This document shows, piece after piece, positions 52,223 through 64,000 of a DNA stretch of 64,000 nt. The notes beneath the pieces were generated by a model. That model saw nothing but the letters and a program-made list of their open reading frames with translations, ran no database searches and was not told the origin of the DNA. Source of the DNA: the human T2T-CHM13v2.0 reference genome, Homo sapiens. Within the stretch, counting starts at the first letter, position 1. The number at the start of each line of letters is the position of its first letter. Location of the stretch: the NCBI RefSeq assembly GCF_009914755.1, contig NC_060936.1; one strand, written 5' to 3'. Position numbers and translations under genes: made by a program.

Positions 52223-53476
52223 GGAATTCTGTATTTTTTAACACTTGAAATAGATGTAGGAGAGTAAGTGCTCATTCTGGTCAGTAAAGACACAGCAGGA
52301 GACAGAAACTTCACATGGGATAAGAGGAGATGGATACTGTTCTGCTAAAGGGGAACTGAAGGACGCAGAGCACTCCTCCATCACAAACACACGGAGGGGA
52401 GGCACACACTGTGGGAGGGGGAAGCAGCCCAGGGAACAGAAGGAAAGGAGAACCTGTGAGAAAGCTGAAAGTTGAGCTCACATTAGGAGGAAAGTGGAAG
52501 GCAGGAGCAGAAATTAGGTACCAGGAGCAGGAGGCAGAAGCTGGAAGAGACAAACAGGAACCTTCAATGAATACACAGCATTTGGCGTGCCCTGGAGAGC
52601 TTTACTGCAGCTGAGCTGAAACTCAGAGACTCAGATCCAAGAATAAGACCACATTTTTCTTTTTTTCCTTTTTAAGTAACTCTGCTAATCATGGCAAAAT
52701 CAGCCTCACTCGTATCTACCTGAGGCTGGAACATATCCCAGCTCAGGAGAGCGAGCTTTTATGAGCCTTCACCCACACAAGGAGTGTCTCATTAACAATT
52801 CTTTAGTGGCTTACTACCTCCCACACCTGACCCACATCGGCTCTCTCTTTAATAGAGCCTTCACCCACATGGAGCAAAAAGTCTGTCTTCCTCCTTAACA
52901 TCAAGTTAATAGATTGCTAGCTCACATAATTGACTAACCTTGAGCTTCTAACTAGCCAGACCTATCAGAGTCCCATTATTCCTATTCATTTCTCACATCA
53001 ACCCTTTTCAATATTATTTAAGGTTTATGCAGCAGCAGCTGCCTAAGGGCCCCTTCTAGTTTCATAAAGACAAGAGGGTCCCGACATGGTAAAATGCCAA
53101 CTCACAGCGGCTGCGGCTGTGCCTCCCCTTTATTTTCTATGTCCTGGGCTCTCAGCCACTTTTCTGTAATTGCCCCCATGTCTATTCAGACAACAGGAAG
53201 CATAGTCAGTGCCTAAAAATCTCTACCATTATCACAGGCCTGGCATACATCCTGCCCATGCCTTCATGGCATGCTCAGACTTGGCACAGCCATGTTTAAA
53301 ACACTGCCAATACGACAATGTTAGACATTTTTTATCTTCACAGTATATTTTTTCAGTTAGTAAGAGATTTTTTTTTTCATTCCCCTTCTCCCACCATTTT
53401 GCCCCTACCAAGTAGAAAGTTAAACACCAGGTCTTATCAAAGTTCACATAGTCAATAACAGAAATAGAATTAAAAC

Positions 53477-53938
53477 TGTAGGAAAACAGCCTGTTGCATG
53501 GCAGGAGTGATGCCATCTTGGAGTGAAACCACCATGCTAACTGGTGGTTTGACTCCTGCATACCAAGGTGGTTTGTTCTGCAGCAAAGTCTTTAAACAAT
53601 GCCTGTAGCATAGATTATCCCTCATAAAGGGGTAGTGCCCAGAGCATAGACAACCCCTCATAAAGATGCTTATCCAATCGCTCCAGTGATAAGTTTTGCA
53701 AGAAAGTCAAGCGTGACTAGCTGCACATGTTTTATCCTAAAACCTTGCTATATAAAGGATATTTTCTGGAGGGCTGGTGCAGGGATCCACTGTCTCATGG
53801 CCTCCTAGACATCACTTCTGTTCATAAGCTCTTATTAAATGTTTCTTTCTGAGAAACTGGATTTGTCAGCCTCTTTCTTTGGCTTTTCAGCTCCCTCAGC
53901 CTTTGTGGGTAGGTCTGCATAGACCTGCTCACTGCACA
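53477..53938 (+). mobile_element. Solo LTR (ERV1-like), antisense to LIMA1
   Basis: TG..CA ends, ~460 bp, TATATAAA at 53749-53756 and ATTAAA at 53834-53839 in U3-R-U5 order. Confidence 0.7.
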
Positions 53939-56705
53939 AACTCAGAACTCCTGACTCACAAACCAAGAGAGCATTTTCTAAATTGTCCTGGAATGTTAAA
54001 TTTCCACAGCCAAGGGAAACTCTTTGGGGAGGAGAGCAGATGCTAACCCAAATGAAATTAATCCCACGACAGCAATTTGAACAAACTATGGTCTTCCCTT
54101 TGTTTCAAATAAAAATGTGTAGATAATATCTTCAGGATATTCTAGAGTGAATGAGGTAATCTATAAATAATTGATGTTCATAAATACTGTCTTTCCCGTT
54201 TGAGGGATATTACAGACCCTCTGTTGATTACCATCTACTTAAAGCTGTTTTTCTAACAAATTTGCATGGCTTCATTTACATTCTTTTACCCTCTTGTCTC
54301 ATATATTTTTTACTCTAATAAAGGCCCCAGTTGTGGTGTGTGTGGGAGGTAGGGGGGAGCAGCTGACAACAGACATTGATGTTAACTAGCCTTTAGACAT
54401 AGTGAAAGAAGATGAAAATTCTGTATTGACGTCAAGCCTCTATTCCTCAGAATACCACAAAATGCCTTTCATTCCTTCCAATTTGTGTAAAATATCTAGG
54501 TAATGAAACTGAAATTCTTCACCACACAGCAAATGGTTGGGCCAGCCCTGTGCAGCCTTAACCCTTCCTCTAATTTTCTGTGAAACTCTATGAAAGCATT
54601 TTGGGGAATATTCATATCTTAAATAGAGTGCTCTACACAGAGAAGAAAGGACAGTCCTCTGAAAAGGCAGTAATAGTGAGTGAGTGAGAAAAGATTCTAG
54701 ACACTCTTCTAGCATAATTTTGACAGCTTTGCAAGCCAGCATAAAACCTCCCACTGTGTCTTCAGGGGGAGGAACAGCTGGCAGGGTACCGAGAGGGGTA
54801 GTGCAGTGTGTGCTGCCCTCTCACGTAGAGTGCCATGTTCTCTCTCAACATTCATCAGCAAAACGCTGTGAGGAGGCCTGGGACTTGGTTGTCCCGTACA
54901 CAGTGAGGGCAGACAGTTGTTCCCTAGGGCCAGTCACATCTCCTTGCCTCTTCCTCCCCTATCCTCTCCTCTGGGAACGTTTAGGGGATGATTTCTTTCA
55001 AATGGGAGGACATAAAGCCTAAGAGATCTCTGAGTCTCTTGAAGTAGAAAGGCCTGATACTTCTCACAGGGTCCACTAAGCTCTGCTCTCAGAACGACAC
55101 CCTTTTTGAGAATGAACCTGTAACTTCATTGGTACCAAGTCTTACCAAGTAAGCTCTGTGGCCAGTGTTCAAAGTGTACAGAATCCTTAAAGACCTCTAT
55201 CATTTCTTTTTACTTTATTAAGCTAAAATTTGAAATGAATTGAATCTCTACCTTAGATGTCCTCTTTTCAATAACAGACAGGCACTAAGAAACAGTTTTT
55301 TCCAGGATGTGTGGGATCCAAAAATCTATTCTGAGTGAACAAGTTTATTCTTAGCTGTATGTAATTTCCCAAAGTGGAGAAACAACTTCTGTTCATAGTC
55401 TGCAGCCATGAGACCAGTTCTGCCAGCAGGTCTTCCTATAAACATTTACTAAAGTATCTGTATATTTGCCTGCAGACTGTAAAGGGGAACTCTGAGGAAG
55501 AGCAAATAAATTGCCCTTAAATAACAGTGGAGATGTAACTGGGTTCCACCAGGCTCTGTACACCATGATCATCTGAGCTGTGGACCAGAGGCAAACAGCC
55601 AGGCCAGTTTACTCTGGTCATTACACAATGCTCAAAACCCGAGGTGTGTGACTATGCAGATAGGGCCGTCTACTACTATACTACTATTCTACTGCTGAGT
55701 GACCAGTGCCAAAGGAGTAGGCATGGGTCTGAGGCAGAGACAGAGACAGCTTTACCTCTGTTTCCTCTCCCTGGTGCCAAAGGAGACCTAAGTGAGGTGT
55801 GCCCTTTCACACACCACTCATCCGCTCACCCCGTGGAACTTGAGTGGGGAGGGATCCCCACCCAGTACAAGGAAGTCTGGCCAAGCAGTTGAACGAGGGA
55901 TGCAAGACTGCATTGAGAATTCAAATAGTCACAAGAACAGATTTTAGTTCCTGTATTTCCCCAGGTCCTGGGTTACACAGAATCCATCACCAAGTTAGAT
56001 TTGCTAGCCGTTCTTGATCCCCAACCACAACCTGAGCACTCACATCTAGGCAGCATTGCTGTCAGAGAGGAAAGTAACCCTGTGGGGTTTGCTACTTTGT
56101 GAGACTCCAGATACTGACAAAGAAAGTGCTGATGGCAGCATCAGCCAACCTTCAAGGCCAGAACACAGCCATGCGGAGCACATGTACAGATTCAATCACC
56201 ATGACCCCGCCCATTCTTCCTGGACTTGCTTTCTCTTTCTGCTTTCTTTACCTTTTGTTCCTTTTCAATAAACCTTACTCTTCTCATAAATCTCTGCCTC
56301 CTTTAAAATTTTCATGTTTTATCTTTTTCACCTTGCTCACCTTTTAAATCCACTCTTTAAATCCTGGATTCTCCCCTTTCCTCCTTTTGTTCCAAACCCT
56401 CCCTGATGTCCCCTCCTCTTCATACTTTGTGTGCAGTAAAACTTTTATCTGTGGACCAGTCATGCTCACAGTCAGAGGTATAAGCACGGCAGATATGAGC
56501 ATGAGTTGGGAGTAGCACAAACCACCTTAAAACTCATTCTATTTATTGAGTTTCTCTCAAATGCTAAAACTTTTGAAACACAACCCTGCTACTTAAAAGA
56601 GCACTAGAGGAGAAAGACACTAAAGAAGTGTGGGTAATCCAAACGAGTGAAGTAGCCCCTCATTAGCAAGCTAGTCAATTAAAACAAGTCAGCTAACAAA
56701 CCTAA

Positions 56706-59220
<2,515 letters not shown>

Positions 59221-59520
59221 TAATAATAATAAATAAACAAAAACAAAAATAAAAAAACCGACATTATTTTAAAACTTTCATGAGTTTTCCAGAGTTCAAA
59301 CTGAGAGTCATTAGTGAGCCTTCTCGCTCCCGGGCCAAAGACCTGAGCAGAGGCAGCAAGATTTCCAGGGAAAGCGACTGGCTTCAGTGTGCTCTTCTGT
59401 GGCATTATCATCCACAGGAAAGCAAAACCAGGTTATAATCAACATCATCATCATAAAAGGTACAATTAGCTCTACCAGTAGACCAATGTCCAAAGGCTCA
59501 GAGAGAAATTGCCATCATAC

Positions 59521-59630
59521 CTTCATTGCTTTGGGAGGAGAACTTTCAGAAAGACTGGAGGCTCTGGAATCTGGACTTAGTGGCTTGGGATGGACAGGCT
59601 GTTGAACCTCACTCTTAACCTGGGAGTCAC
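59521..59630 (-). CDS. LIMA1: LIMA1 exon 9 (DSQVKSEVQQPVHPKPLSPDSRASSLSESSPPKAMK; contains ERK site S362)
   Basis: aagcag| acceptor (NAGNAG), AAG|gtatga donor, 110 nt. Confidence 0.94.
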
Positions 59631-60040
59631 CTGCTTGAGTTACAAAAGGAAGACATTTTACAGTATCTCATGGAATGTCTTGGAAAGTGTTCTTCCGAAA
59701 AGCAAAGTTTGGGCACTTTCATTAATGACAGATCCTTCCAACACCAGGAAAAACACTGCTTTTCTGTTGAAGAATATTCGAACACTAACAACTATGGCTC
59801 AGGTATTCTCTGGTCCTGTCAGAAATCAGGTTCTCAGTGAGGAGGCTTTCTTACCCTCTGCCACACGTAGCAGAAATCCAAACCACTCTGTATAAAGAAC
59901 TTTCTTCCTTGTACCATTTGTCATTTTTAAAGGCCGTTTATAGACTTAGATGTCTTTTTGGTCATTAACATTCCTAATAACTTTTTCTGAAGTGTTTCAA
60001 CTGAAGTTGGAAAAAGGGGGAGATGTGAGGGCAGAAATTT

Positions 60041-60046
<6 letters not shown>

Positions 60047-60073
<27 letters not shown>

Positions 60074-60084
60074 CGCGTGCGCGC
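60047..60084. repeat. (TG)n/(CG)n alternating purine-pyrimidine tract
   Basis: Direct reading. Confidence 0.9.
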
Positions 60085-60489
60085 ATTTGTGTATACATGT
60101 AACCTGACACTGTTTTTGGTCAGTTCTATAGCAGATACCAATGGATGAAGATTATGGAAAAGGGCTCCATGAAGTTTTTTTCATAATCATTGAAATTCCA
60201 ACTACATGAGTTACTTTCCTGCCAAAATGAAGAGGTGAGTCAACAAAGTACTAAAATATTAAGGCTTATTTTTCAAAAAAATGTTTCATAAACCTAGTCA
60301 AAAACATTTCTCAGAAACATTTCTAGTCCCAGAAAAATGATTGCAAAAAAAGAATGTTTCTGGATTCAAGCAGAAGGAGTTTTTCTCCGAAATTTTAAGG
60401 TAGGATTAACTAGAGATCTGTTTAATTCATCATTCTATTTCAGTTGTAGGGTTTTCAGTGTCCAGTAAACTAGCCTGGGGAGATGCTAG

Positions 60490-62270
<1,781 letters not shown>

Positions 62271-62892
62271 AATGAAAATTAAAAGTTATACTGAAAATCA
62301 GAATAAAAAGTGGACATAGTCAAGTAAAAAACAAAAAAAAACATTTTTGTCTTTGGGAAAAGGGAGGCTCAAAATGACTCCAAAATAGGATGACAGGTGA
62401 CAAAATTCACTGTCAGCAGGAAAATCCCTAGAACCTGGCTAGGAGGTTGACTATAATATACATTTAGATAAACAGGGAAAAAATATGTATCTTTAACAGA
62501 TTATTCAAATACTTATTCACTAAAGAATAGGTATTTATGAATAACATTATAAATGAATAAAATCCGTATTGGCCAAACTTCTGTTAAAATGAAACTTCAA
62601 AATTAGTTTATACAGCTTCAATTCTGAAAGGGTTTGGTGCAAAAAGTAGGATGAATTCAATGAGAAAAGCATTACAAGTATTCAGTTTGTCCCAAGTTAA
62701 CTATATTCAATTGAATTTAACTTCTCCTTAAGCCATGAAGTGTGTAAAGGACATTCAAGCATTAGCCCTTAAATTCAAGTAGAGGATTTACTATGTTATT
62801 TTCTCAGCACTGACAGTAATGGGAACACCCCTGAACCAAATACAGATAGAAAACAAGAACCTCATCCTCCAGATCTAAGAAAGAATGCTTAC

Positions 62893-62950
62893 GGGAGTCA
62901 TCTTCGGCAGGGGTGGAACGGACTGCCAGGCTATTCTCATTTGCAGAAAT
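62893..62950 (-). CDS. LIMA1: LIMA1/EPLIN internal exon (exon 8 in beta numbering; ISANENSLAVRSTPAEDDS)
   Basis: Long poly-T tract + gtag| acceptor, C|gtaagc donor, 58 nt; frame continues into the next exon. Confidence 0.93.
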
Positions 62951-64000
62951 CTACAAAAAAAAAAAAAAAAAAAAAGTTAGAGGGGGATTAAGAGTCATAT
63001 TAAAAATAAAAGAGCAAACTGCTGTTAATGCCATAAAAACCTGCTGACTCCAGTCAGTCACTGGCTGCCTAGGGGAAATAACGGGCACCAGAACAGCTGA
63101 GCATTTGAACAAGAGGCAGCAAAATGTCTTTTATGAGGATATTAACATGCCTCTCAATTACAGAGTAACCCGAGAAACAGACTGCACTCAACTGCCAAAA
63201 GTGTGCATCATCTCCCTTTATAAAACAACTTCTAAACCATATTTTTCTGCTCTCAAAAAACAAAGCAAAACAAAGCCCTCTATCAAGGAGAGCAAAGCTC
63301 CTCACCGTATAACCATAACCCACTCCAAGGAAAGATAAAGTATTTAAATATAGGAACCATTCTTATTTTTTAATTTTCCTAATTCTTATTTCCCAACCAA
63401 CTACATCCTGCTGAAACGAGCTTGCCTATATAGAAGACCTTTTGACAGTTATAAAACAAATTTACCTAAAACTAACCTCAGTATTATCTTTGAGGACAGT
63501 TTCCCTTCTAATCCCAGTCTCAAAATGGCAATGTTTAAAAAGATGGCAGATCTTACGTATAGGTGTATATATCATTTTCTCAAAAGCCATCAAATTTAAA
63601 TAAAAGAACTCTCTATTAGAGCTCTCCCTCCTTTCTACTGGCCCCCATGCCTTCCTGGTATCTTACTCCACATCCAAAATCATGAAGAGTCAACAGGTGA
63701 CCCAATGTGCACTCTTCACATAATTTCCTTTTATTCAGATGCCACGGATTTTATGGGCAATGCTGAGTGTTTATATCAGGATGTCTGACAAACTGAATAG
63801 ATTTACAATGAAGATTAAGCTGCTGGCTGACTGCACCTGAATTTCAGCGTGGTTATTTTTTCCACTACTCTCTTCATTACAGGAATTCTGACATGGCATA
63901 AAATAAACCGGTACAATCACAGCCAGCATTTACTGGGTGTTTACTATGTGCCAGGTATTCAACTAATCGCCTTACAAATGCACTATTTTATCTAATGATA

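Overview
Human (primate) genomic DNA, very Alu-dense, holding two tandem minus-strand genes. From the translated exons I recognise them as the CERS5-LIMA1 locus (chr12q13). CERS5 (ceramide synthase 5) is present as coding exons 1-9 (34388 down to 1636), with a CpG-island promoter at ~34.0-34.8 kb and a 23 kb first intron; its last exon lies left of the window. LIMA1 (EPLIN) is present as its last four exons (62950 down to the stop at 44154), its 3'UTR and a poly(A) signal at 42898-42903. I traced all exon boundaries by hand; each has GT-AG ends and the frames join continuously. Almost every other ORF in the track is an Alu, L1 or microsatellite artefact. I see no new gene or unknown system. 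The best leads are in splicing: (i) a MIR-derived 23-nt CERS5 microexon whose ATGATGA stops the exon-1 ORF and opens a new in-frame start; (ii) LIMA1 exon 10 and CERS5 exon 2 are phase-matched, so a read-through transcript would encode an in-frame EPLIN-CerS5 fusion; (iii) CERS5 intron 7 is stop-free and in frame, and exon 9 has extra downstream donors. The window also carries the CERS5 Arg75 allele, a MADE1/miR-548-type hairpin, LTRs nested inside Alus and young AluY copies. Repeat family names come from remembered consensus sequences, and repeat boundaries are approximate unless a TSD is given.
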